IMG/VR virus record: IMGVR_UViG_3300045119_000323
Direction: 5' to 3' (one strand)
Source: an uncultured virus (IMG/VR IMGVR_UViG_3300045119_000323)
Taxonomy: Duplodnaviria > Heunggongvirae > Uroviricota > Caudoviricetes
DNA: 64,000 bases
Position 1 is the stretch's first letter, and every line of letters starts with the position of its first letter. The position numbers and the translations under genes are program-made. Below are positions 9,804-17,964 of the stretch, piece after piece. The notes beneath the pieces are model-generated. The model was not told the DNA's origin. It saw only the letters and a list, made by a program, of their open reading frames with translations, and ran no database searches.

Positions 9804-10879
9804 GCGTTGTAGGCTCCAATCCCCATGTCGTAGTTGCTCGGCGCGGGATCGCGTTCCTCGCCCTCGGCCAGCTCGACGGCCTCCTGCTCCTCGGCGCGCA
9901 GCATCGGGTAGCGCGCCATGTCGGCCTCCGGCAACGACCGGCAGAGCCGGCGCGCCAGCATCGAGGTCACGGCATCGTACCAGCGGCGCGGAACGTCGAG
10001 CGACTGCGTCGGCTCCGCCACCGTATCAATGTACTCGTTGACCCAGACGCAGAGCTGGTCGTAACGACTCGCCTTGTCGGGGACCTGCCAGACCATCAGA
10101 TACGGCGCACTGAGGTCGCGCTGCTGGTACCAGTTTACCACCCGACCGGACGCCGTCTTGTTGGGCATCGAATTGTATTCGTCGAGGTTCCATGGATCGA
10201 GCGGGATTTCCGACGGCATGTAGCCGAAGAAAATCTCCGCGACGTCGAGTGCGGTCGTGCCGACCGCGCGCACGCGCCAGCCCAGCGCACTGGGCGAGCC
10301 ATCGACGTCGCTCCACACCCACTGGCCAGCCGAAACGACTCCGGTCAACGCATCGACCGGCGTCCACGTCACACCCGCGTCATTCGAGTATTCAATGAAG
10401 TAGGCCAGCTCCATGGCAACGTCGAACAGCACGCCGAGATTGGTGACCTGCACCGGCTGCGGAAAGAACATGCCGATATTGCCATTAGCCAAGGTCTGGC
10501 TGCAGCTCGTCGCGAAGTCGTCGTCGAAAGCCGCCGCCGCGTTGCCGTCGGGCACCCCGAGATGATCGGTGCTGAACGGGATGCCGCCGGTATAGCGCGC
10601 CAGCGAACGCCGGGTCAGTCGGTTGACCAGATCGATGCCGGGCGGCAGCGGCACGCGCATCTCGTTCTCGTAGACCGGCAGGATGATGCGCTGGCGCTTC
10701 CACAGTTGGACACCCCGGTTGATCAGGGCCGGCAGCATGAGATTGAGCTGGTCGAGCGACTTCTCGACGATTTCCGAAGTGAGCTGCACCGGCTTGATGC
10801 CACAACGACTCGTCGCCTCCTCGATCAGCTCGCGCGCCGTAAAGGGTCGGAGTTGTCCGGAGTTGCTGGCGGAGGTCAT
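9800..10879 (-). CDS. Putative head-tail connector with an inserted beta-sandwich, 359 aa
   Basis: ELIEEA..RCG, NRGVQLW and PNKT..GR motifs; synteny after the capsid genes. Confidence 0.55.
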   Translation of the reverse strand: MTSASNSGQLRPFTARELIEEATSRCGIKPVQLTSEIVEKSLDQLNLMLPALINRGVQLWKRQRIILPVYENEMRVPLPPGIDLVNRLTRRSLARYTGGIPFSTDHLGVPDGNAAAAFDDDFATSCSQTLANGNIGMFFPQPVQVTNLGVLFDVAMELAYFIEYSNDAGVTWTPVDALTGVVSAGQWVWSDVDGSPSALGWRVRAVGTTALDVAEIFFGYMPSEIPLDPWNLDEYNSMPNKTASGRVVNWYQQRDLSAPYLMVWQVPDKASRYDQLCVWVNEYIDTVAEPTQSLDVPRRWYDAVTSMLARRLCRSLPEADMARYPMLRAEEQEAVELAEGEERDPAPSNYDMGIGAYNA

Positions 10880-11808
10880 CAGTACAGCGGGCTCCCAATC
10901 GCGGTCATGTAGGTGTTGATCGCCGTCGACAGGTTGGCGGCGTCAGTCGCCGTCAAATTGGTGCCCATGAACCACGCGGATATGACGCCGGTATCATAGG
11001 CATAGATGGAGACATTGTCGGTGTTGCGATAGGCACCGAGAATGAAGCTGTAGGGCAGCGGCGTGGCCGAAGCCACAGTGTTGGTGCCAATCGACACGCC
11101 ATTGCGATAAATTGCGTTTGCCGATGGACCGGACCGGTTGGCGTGCCAGAAACCCTTGGTGTCGGTCTGCGTCCAACTTAGACCGCCCGCGAAGATCGAA
11201 CTGGTATTGGGCGAGTAGAGCGTCACGCCGGGCGCACCCGTCGTTTCGATATACAATCCGCTGCCGCCCACGCTCTGCGTCGATCCAATCGCCACCACGT
11301 CGGCCCCGGCGACCCGCGCCGTCAACATGCCGACACCGAAGCTCAGCGTGTCCTGTGACGACACAGGCGGCACGCCATTGGTATCGACGTAGTTGCCGAC
11401 TGCGCTGGCGTAGCCCTGATCGACGGTGAACGTCGGCGCGGCGACAATCGTGATCAGCGTATTGGTGACGAGATCGACTCTGGCCGACGGCACGTTCTCG
11501 GCCGCCAAGATGCCGAGCCGCAGCAGCTTGGGCATGACGCCCGTGCTGACCAGCGAGGCGAACAGGTTGTTGTAGAGCGTCTGACGCGGAGCCGACACGG
11601 TACCGCCGGCCGCCGTAACGGCAGAGAAAAACGACGACGCTGTTCCACTGGAATACCGCACAGGCGTCGCCGGTCCATTCGCCACGAAGGCGACCGGAGT
11701 GCCTGTCGCCAGTATGTCGACGAGCAGGGTGGCCTGCCCGCTGGTGACCAGCGTGACCGGCGTTACCTGCCCGCCCGGCGAGGTGATGTCGGGCGTCGCA
11801 TTGGCCAC
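10879..11808 (-). CDS. Virion protein, possibly LamG/ConA-like, 309 aa
   Basis: GTG start; Thr/Gly/Ser-rich; IYRNG...FILGA pattern. Confidence 0.5.
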   Translation of the reverse strand: MANATPDITSPGGQVTPVTLVTSGQATLLVDILATGTPVAFVANGPATPVRYSSGTASSFFSAVTAAGGTVSAPRQTLYNNLFASLVSTGVMPKLLRLGILAAENVPSARVDLVTNTLITIVAAPTFTVDQGYASAVGNYVDTNGVPPVSSQDTLSFGVGMLTARVAGADVVAIGSTQSVGGSGLYIETTGAPGVTLYSPNTSSIFAGGLSWTQTDTKGFWHANRSGPSANAIYRNGVSIGTNTVASATPLPYSFILGAYRNTDNVSIYAYDTGVISAWFMGTNLTATDAANLSTAINTYMTAIGSPLY

Positions 11809-11811
11809 ACG

Positions 11812-12123
11812 CTACTCCCCGCCCTGAACGATGCGGACGCCAACCGTTCCGGTTCCACTGTTGACGACTCGAACGGCCGTGACCGGTGCCGCGTTCAACA
11901 CCGTATCGAATGCCGCCGTCTTGCCGGTCATCAGGCCATGGTCGATCCAGTTGACCAGAAACGGCGCAGTGAACGGGTCGTCGTAGGTGTACTGCAGCTT
12001 GAAGTTGACGGCACCGGACACGACGCTGCCGAACACCGACACCTGAAACGGCGTCTGACGGTAATCGAGAACGGCCGGGGCTCCGTTGACGGCACCGACC
12101 ACGGTCTGGTTGATGGGCCGCAT
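11812..12123 (-). CDS. Small virion protein, 103 aa
   Basis: GGAGGA RBS; LQYTYDDP motif. Confidence 0.7.
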   Translation of the reverse strand: MRPINQTVVGAVNGAPAVLDYRQTPFQVSVFGSVVSGAVNFKLQYTYDDPFTAPFLVNWIDHGLMTGKTAAFDTVLNAAPVTAVRVVNSGTGTVGVRIVQGGE

Positions 12124-12132
12124 GCAGTCCTC

Positions 12133-12837
12133 CTAACGCGCCTTCGCCACCAGATAATTGTCGATCAGCAGGGTGCGGATCGCCGCCGAGGAATTGCGTG
12201 CCGAGAACACCAAGCCCATCGGCACGACCCCGAGAGACGCCGGATTGGTCGCCAGACGCACCGCCGACAGGCCGGAAAAGGCGCGCAGAGCCCCGTCAGC
12301 CGCCGTGTAGGCGATGGTAAGGTGGTACCACGTCGCCGCGAGAACCGGATCGGGGAAAGTCGCCACGGCCACGTCGACACTGGCGATGCGCAGCACGGCC
12401 TGCAGAGTCGTCGCGCCGGTCGGCTTGCGGAAATAGATACCGCTGACCGGCGGCGTACCCAAAGGCGAAGTCGCCGAGCCAACGCTCAGGCCAAACAGGA
12501 AGCCGCCCAAGGTGGCATCGTCGATCTGCACGCGGGCGCTGACGAACAGGTCCTTGGCGATGTCGGGCGTGAACGACAGGATATTCCACGACATCGAGGT
12601 CTCGGACGGATTGGTCACCGTGGTCGGCAGGGCGACAACGCCACCGTCGGCCGACGCCGACATCGCAGCCACGCCCGGTGAAGTCCCCGCCGTCGTCCAG
12701 TCGGCAGCGATGAGCTTGTTGAAGTCGTCGAACATCGTGTTGTAGATGAGCGGGCTGTTATCCCGGTAATCGGCGAGACCTGAATCCTGCGACAGATTGT
12801 TGACGCCGCCGGGAAAGCGCGTGATCGAGGAAAGCAT
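12133..12837 (-). CDS. Virion structural protein, 234 aa
   Basis: TRFPGGV N-terminus and IDNYLVAKAR C-terminus; follows the capsid gene. Confidence 0.65.
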   Translation of the reverse strand: MLSSITRFPGGVNNLSQDSGLADYRDNSPLIYNTMFDDFNKLIAADWTTAGTSPGVAAMSASADGGVVALPTTVTNPSETSMSWNILSFTPDIAKDLFVSARVQIDDATLGGFLFGLSVGSATSPLGTPPVSGIYFRKPTGATTLQAVLRIASVDVAVATFPDPVLAATWYHLTIAYTAADGALRAFSGLSAVRLATNPASLGVVPMGLVFSARNSSAAIRTLLIDNYLVAKAR

Positions 12838-13005
12838 TGGACTATCCTTGCGTTGTTCCGTCGGAAACCGCCGACCCGGTCAGGCCGTCTTGTTGCCTTC
12901 CGTCAGATTTTTTCGGCTGACACCGATGTAGCGGCGCAGTGTTCCGGGTGACTGCTGACCCGGCCCACCGCGCCGCTGTCCGCGCGAGAGAGGGCGCAGG
13001 ACGCT

Positions 13006-13926
13006 CTAGGCTCCCGGCGTCCCGTAGAGGGTGCGGAAGTTGGTCCAGCTCACGTCCCAGCGGCTCGTGACCTTGTAGCGCATGCTGTCGGTCTCGAAGT
13101 CGCCTTCCATGCTCTTCTGCGCCATGCGCCGGGTCAGGAACTGCAGGCCCATGCGCTCGTCGGTGTGAATCCACCACGCCGTCGGCGAAGTGAGGCGGGT
13201 GATGACGCAGAAGCCCTTCGGCAGAATCTTCAACGACATGATGGGGTTGATGTCGTTGTTCGCTCCACCCGTACGCAGCGCCGACTTGGTGATCACCTCG
13301 GCCTGAAACTCGTTGTCGGGACCGACGACGAGGCATTCCGGGTTGATGCGCACACGCTTCTGGTCGTTGTCCTGCGACTTCCTGATCTGGATCAGCATCG
13401 CCTCGGCCGAGGTCTGCGACAACGCTGCCGGGGTGCCCAGCAGGTTGGACATGACGCCGCCCAAGATCGGATGCTGCGAGTTGATCAGCGAGACGCCGTC
13501 ACCGCCGAGGTAGGGAGCGGAGTTGGTGAACGAGAAGTTGAGGACGTTGGCGGCGGCGGTCTCCTCGGTCTCGACCATCGCTTGGCCGAGCTGCTCGGAG
13601 TAAATCTTGCCGAGGTTGATGTGATCGCCATCCTCGACCAAGACTTTCGTCATGGCGAAGGCGGCACCGTACTGGCGATAGACGTAGCGCTTGTTGAACA
13701 GGACGCCGCCCTGCTTGTACTGCACGCCAGTCCCGTCGGGCATCTGCGGGGCAGAGCCGAGGCCGAACATCACAGGCTCTTCATGGTAGGCACGGGGCGT
13801 TCCCGGCTTGGTCATGAAGATCGCCTTGTACTCATCCTTGCGCTGGCTATACACGCCATCGAAGTGGTCGTTCATGATCGGCTCGACGATCACCCTGAAC
13901 TGACTTGAATTCATCGGGACGGCCAT
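13006..13926 (-). CDS. Major capsid protein (Mu gpT-like, HK97 fold), 306 aa
   Basis: GGAGG RBS before MAVPMNSS. AAANVLN, GGDGVSL..HP, NNDINP and DFETD..RYK..R motifs are typical of this capsid family. Confidence 0.9.
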   Translation of the reverse strand: MAVPMNSSQFRVIVEPIMNDHFDGVYSQRKDEYKAIFMTKPGTPRAYHEEPVMFGLGSAPQMPDGTGVQYKQGGVLFNKRYVYRQYGAAFAMTKVLVEDGDHINLGKIYSEQLGQAMVETEETAAANVLNFSFTNSAPYLGGDGVSLINSQHPILGGVMSNLLGTPAALSQTSAEAMLIQIRKSQDNDQKRVRINPECLVVGPDNEFQAEVITKSALRTGGANNDINPIMSLKILPKGFCVITRLTSPTAWWIHTDERMGLQFLTRRMAQKSMEGDFETDSMRYKVTSRWDVSWTNFRTLYGTPGA

Positions 13927-13999
13927 TCGGGCCTCCAAGTATCTTGACGATTATGCGCCGGTCACTCAGAGGCCAGCGCGAACCTCATGAAGGACCGTG

Positions 14000-14557
14000 C
14001 TAGGCGACCGCGACCTGATCGATTGCGATGCGCACCAGAACCTTGGTGAAGGCGTCGCCCCATGCGTTGTCGTCGTACTGGGCGAGGCCGTGGATGATGA
14101 AGGTGCCGGCGGTTGCACCGGTCGGTGCGCCGAGCGCCTGCGTCGAGAAGCCGGTGAAGGTCGATCCAGACGTCGACGCGCCATTGATGTTGATGGCTTC
14201 GCCAACCGCCGTGGCGGGGACCGGGCCAATCGACTGGCCCTCGTAGACGATGTCGCGGCCGAACGTGTACTTGGCGATCATCGTGCCGGCGTCGTAGGTC
14301 TGGCCGGCCGGGAAGTAGGGCAGCACGAACCGCTTGGTGGCGGCCGAGAACTCGCAGCCCTGAAAGACGCCGATGCACGCCCCGGCGACGCCGGTCGTGA
14401 ATTCGATGGTGCCGTTGGTGCCACGCGCCACCGGGGTGCCGGTGAACAGGCTGGTGGCGTAGCCGGAGAGGATGCCGTCGACCTGATTTTCGACGCGGAT
14501 GACGCCCGACAGGTGCCGGGCGGGAACGAGGCCCTGCGGGGCCAGCGTTGCTGACAT
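14000..14557 (-). CDS. Putative capsid decoration/cement protein, 185 aa
   Basis: APQGLVP...IGVFQGC motif; immediately upstream of the major capsid gene. Confidence 0.6.
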   Translation of the reverse strand: MSATLAPQGLVPARHLSGVIRVENQVDGILSGYATSLFTGTPVARGTNGTIEFTTGVAGACIGVFQGCEFSAATKRFVLPYFPAGQTYDAGTMIAKYTFGRDIVYEGQSIGPVPATAVGEAININGASTSGSTFTGFSTQALGAPTGATAGTFIIHGLAQYDDNAWGDAFTKVLVRIAIDQVAVA

Positions 14558-14716
14558 GGGGTTGCTCCCGGTGTTGGTGTGGACGACTAGGCGCAACCGC
14601 TGAATTGCGGCTCACCTACTCCGTTCCGACACCAGACCCCGCGCGCTTAAACCCGAACCAACTGGCTACAAGGACTACGGCCGCGCGGGCGGCAACCTCC
14701 TACGAGAGTGACTCGT

Positions 14717-14759
14717 ATAATACCCCCCTTTACATCCGAGTCGTCAAGCAGAACGACTC
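14717..14759 (-). promoter_or_regulatory. Candidate promoter for the capsid genes; its -35 sits within an inverted pair of GAGTCGT words
   Basis: Minus strand TTGACG (14747-14742), 19 nt, TATTAT (14722-14717). GAGTCGT at 14738 and ACGACTC at 14753. Confidence 0.45.
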
Positions 14760-14765
14760 AGGCGT

Positions 14766-14984
14766 TCAGCATAGGCAATCGCCGTAACTCGCCGGGTCGT
14801 CCGGCACGATGTGTCGTTGGCCGCAGTTGAAGCAGGGCTCAAGCTGCTTACCCGTCCGAATGAACACGACGTCAGTGCCGGGCAACGGCACCACCAGCTT
14901 GGGAAACGCACCAGCCTCATCGAGCGCCAGCCCAATGGCTGCACAGATTTCGTGGGCCAACTTGTTGGCTTCGTCGCGCGTCAT
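14766..14984 (-). CDS. Small hypothetical protein with CxxC, 72 aa
   Basis: ATGA overlap with the upstream stop; MTRDEANKL...CFNCG. Confidence 0.55.
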   Translation of the reverse strand: MTRDEANKLAHEICAAIGLALDEAGAFPKLVVPLPGTDVVFIRTGKQLEPCFNCGQRHIVPDDPASYGDCLC

Positions 14985-15613
14985 ACTTCGAACTGCCGGG
15001 CCGGCGGCCGAGCCATCCGCTTGCGCATCTCCTCGATGCCCTCGTCGAGGGTGATCTTGCTGCCTTTGAGCGCCGGGTTCTGGTTCATCTGGTCGACCGG
15101 CGCGAAGATGCCGTCGGCCATTTCGCTGGGCTGGTCGTGATGGAATTCCCGCATGTAGTCGACGTAATCGCGGATCGTGCATTCCATGGCGATCATCTCG
15201 CGCCACATGACGGACCCCTGAAAGCGACCGTCCTTGATGGCATCGACGTCGGCTGCCCAGCCCTCCGAGTTGAGGTCGTCGTACTTGACGAACTGGTAAC
15301 CGAACCGGCGGCGCTTTTGAGGGGTATCGATGGTGTGAGTCGTTCCGACCCAGCAGCGATGCCAACCCGACCGGTAGGGCAGATGCGGCAGCACGCTCTC
15401 CATCCATTTCCGCCTGATCTCGCGACGGCGCTCCGGGTCGGTGACCTCCATCGCCATCTCACGCTCGTGGGTCGACTGTTCGTGGCCGTTGTAGCCGCCC
15501 GCGTCGCGCGCCTCCTCGCGGTCGATCTCTTCGAGATACTTGAGCCGGTCGTCCTCGACCTTGGGAGGCGTGGTCTCCGGAGTCGTTTCGGGGGTGCCAT
15601 TCTTGTTGGCCAT
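14981..15613 (-). CDS. Conserved head-module protein, about 210 aa
   Basis: GGAG RBS; GWHRCW...GYQFVK motif; lies between the scaffold-like and capsid genes. Confidence 0.7.
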   Translation of the reverse strand: MANKNGTPETTPETTPPKVEDDRLKYLEEIDREEARDAGGYNGHEQSTHEREMAMEVTDPERRREIRRKWMESVLPHLPYRSGWHRCWVGTTHTIDTPQKRRRFGYQFVKYDDLNSEGWAADVDAIKDGRFQGSVMWREMIAMECTIRDYVDYMREFHHDQPSEMADGIFAPVDQMNQNPALKGSKITLDEGIEEMRKRMARPPARQFEV

Positions 15614-15622
15614 CACGTTCTC

Positions 15623-16756
15623 CTAGATTTCGCCGCGTGCCAGCTTGCGCTGACCATCGCGCCAGTTGGTGATCAGGCGACTGCGCCGCGCCTTCTGCTT
15701 ATCGTCGAGCCCTTCAAGATGCAGGATGCCCTCGCTGTCGAGGTAGTCGCGCATCATCGGTTCGAGGCGGAACGACGTGCCCGTGCCGCGCCGGTTATTG
15801 CCGCCGCCGGAGACCGGTGGGCGACCCCCATTGGCCCGGCGAACAGGCCTGCTGGGGGTCTCATCGTCATCACCTCCGTCACTGTCGTCGGGATAGATGC
15901 CGCGTGCCGCCAAGCGTTGCTCCAAGGTTCGCCAATACATCGGCGTGTCGGGCCGGTAGCCCTCGGCCGCCACCGAGTCGTCGACCGCCTTCATGACCAG
16001 CGTGTGCTCGTCGGTGCCGCTCGGATCGAAGTCGGGAAACCGCGACATGAAGGTCTCGGTGTAATCCTGCGCCCGCTGGTTGAGATTGACGTTCTGCGGC
16101 GTCGGACCAGCACCGCCGCCATTGGGCGGCACCGGCTGCGGCCGGCCGCCGCGCTGCAGGTCGTTGTAGATGCGCTGCTTGGCTCCATTGAGCTGGTGGA
16201 CCCGGAGCTGGGCCTCGTCGCGCAGCGACTTCAGCTCGTCGTAGCGCGCGAGGTCGCCGGCCGCGATGGCCTTCTTGATCTCGACGTCGGCCAAGGTCAG
16301 TGCCTGTGTCGCCGCGCCAAGCTGGGTATCGAGCGTGTTGACGGTGATGCCAACTTGGCTCTGGCCCATCTGGTTGATCATGCCGGTCAGGTGATCGACC
16401 TTGGCATTCAACTGGTCGATCACCTGATCGCGACCCTGCACGGCCTGCTTGTGACCCCGGTTGCGGCGTTGGCGACGACTCCGCCCGCCACGCTCCTCGA
16501 TCTCGTCGCCTTCGCCAACGTCGTAGGCCAGACGCGCATCTTCTTCGAGATCGCGGCGAGCCCGCCGAGTCGTCGTATCCTCGACCTCGACGTCGACATC
16601 GTCGGCCTTGGGCCTCGGCTTGTCCTCGATCTCTACGGTAAGGCCGTCGTCGGCCTTGCCCTTGCCGCCGGGGACGAGGTCGTCCATGCCTCCGACCATG
16701 AAGGTCGCTTCCTTCTTGCCTGCGCCTTCGTCGATTTCCTGATCACCACGCGCCAT
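15623..16756 (-). CDS. Putative scaffolding protein, 377 aa
   Basis: GGAGG RBS; acidic N-terminus and coiled-coil centre; lies between portal and capsid. Confidence 0.6.
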   Translation of the reverse strand: MARGDQEIDEGAGKKEATFMVGGMDDLVPGGKGKADDGLTVEIEDKPRPKADDVDVEVEDTTTRRARRDLEEDARLAYDVGEGDEIEERGGRSRRQRRNRGHKQAVQGRDQVIDQLNAKVDHLTGMINQMGQSQVGITVNTLDTQLGAATQALTLADVEIKKAIAAGDLARYDELKSLRDEAQLRVHQLNGAKQRIYNDLQRGGRPQPVPPNGGGAGPTPQNVNLNQRAQDYTETFMSRFPDFDPSGTDEHTLVMKAVDDSVAAEGYRPDTPMYWRTLEQRLAARGIYPDDSDGGDDDETPSRPVRRANGGRPPVSGGGNNRRGTGTSFRLEPMMRDYLDSEGILHLEGLDDKQKARRSRLITNWRDGQRKLARGEI

Positions 16757-16767
16757 TGCAGCCTCCG

Positions 16768-17238
16768 TTAACTGGTCACCACGACCAGCGGATCGCCGGT
16801 CACGCGACCGATGAGATCGGTATCCTTGCAGATCATGAACACGGCATGCTCGTCCTTGGTCTGCCCTCCGGGGACAGGGACGACCCAGCGGTCTCCGCCA
16901 TACATCGGGCAGCGCACGAAGTCGCCGACCTGACACCACGCACCCTCGGCCCACGGCGCAAGGGTCGTGCGGTTCTTGAACGCCGATGGACCCGTCGCGC
17001 GCACCAGCCCAGTCTGTACGCGGTAGCGCTCGGCGTCGCGTGATTCATCTGGAATGATCAGGCCGCCCTTGCTGAGTCGTCGCGGCGTGCGGAGCTGCAT
17101 CAGCACCAGATAGCCGAACGGCACGACACCGGGGTCGACATCGGGGAAGGAAACCTTGAGAGCGTCGTCGTAGCGGTTGCCCAGAATGTCAGTCACGTTC
17201 CTGAGATTCAGGCCTTCGATTGCAGTCACGACATCCAT
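16768..17238 (-). CDS. GroES-like co-chaperonin
   Basis: PFGYLVL...SKGGLIIP...GLVRATGP...WCQVGDFV...D.LIG matches the Cpn10 pattern. Confidence 0.8.
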   Translation of the reverse strand: MDVVTAIEGLNLRNVTDILGNRYDDALKVSFPDVDPGVVPFGYLVLMQLRTPRRLSKGGLIIPDESRDAERYRVQTGLVRATGPSAFKNRTTLAPWAEGAWCQVGDFVRCPMYGGDRWVVPVPGGQTKDEHAVFMICKDTDLIGRVTGDPLVVVTS

Positions 17239-17250
17239 GAAAAGCGCCTC

Positions 17251-17454
17251 CTATGTGTCATCCTCATCCTGCGCATTGGCCTCGGCGATGATCTCGTCGA
17301 TGGCCTCGCGCGTTGCCCGCAGGGCGTAGAGCATCCCACCGACGTAGCCAAAGCCGTATTCCGTCTTCTTCTCGTCAGCAGGATGCTCCGCCATCTGCAC
17401 CGCATCCTCGCGCAGTCTGTCGAGCAGGCGGTACAAAGCCTCTAGCTGAAGCAC
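17251..17454 (-). CDS. Small head-module protein, 67 aa
   Basis: EYGFGYVGGMLYAL helix; synteny upstream of the GroES-like gene. Confidence 0.6.
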   Translation of the reverse strand: MLQLEALYRLLDRLREDAVQMAEHPADEKKTEYGFGYVGGMLYALRATREAIDEIIAEANAQDEDDT

Positions 17455-17457
17455 GCG

Positions 17458-17955
17458 CTACTTGACGCCCCTCGCCGGGACCTGCTTGGGCTTGCCATCG
17501 CCCCGGCCCAGCGCAGCCGCCTCTGCCTCCTTCAGCGACTCGCCGGCCGCCATCGACTTGTGCAGGTTGATCGGTCCCTTGGCGACGCCGCCCTTGGATA
17601 CCTTGTCCGACATGTCATTTTCCCTTCTTGGCTTTGGGCAGCTTGCCCGCCTTCTGCAGTTGCTTGGTGGCGATGCCGTAGGTCTCCGACTTGGGCATGC
17701 TGGGGTTGCCCTTCTGAATGGCCTTGCGGCGATCTTCGAGAACTTTCGGCATCACCGCCTCCGAGTCGTTCCGCCTGAACAGAAGGCGGGATCATCGTGG
17801 TGCTGGACCTTGCCGCCTTTCTTGAAGGCGGCGGCCGGCACGGTCGGCTGGAACGCATCCATCGGCGATGCCGCCGCCTGCGCCGGCTTCGACATCTTGG
17901 CGATGGCCGGAGCCTTCGGTCGCCCGGTACTCACTCCGAAATTCTTGCGCGGCAT
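17458..17955 (-). CDS. Three tiny basic ORFs (17752-17955, 17615-17752, 17458-17613), possible internal head peptides
   Basis: Closely packed Lys-rich ORFs of 67, 45 and 51 aa, containing FKKGG, FCSGG and VSKGG. Confidence 0.6.
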
Positions 17956-17964
17956 GCAGCCCTC

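Noticed and set aside
12838..13005. Structured RNA or terminator after the capsid gene
   Set aside because: Only short GC-rich stems without a suitably placed U-tract; not distinguishable from chance by eye.
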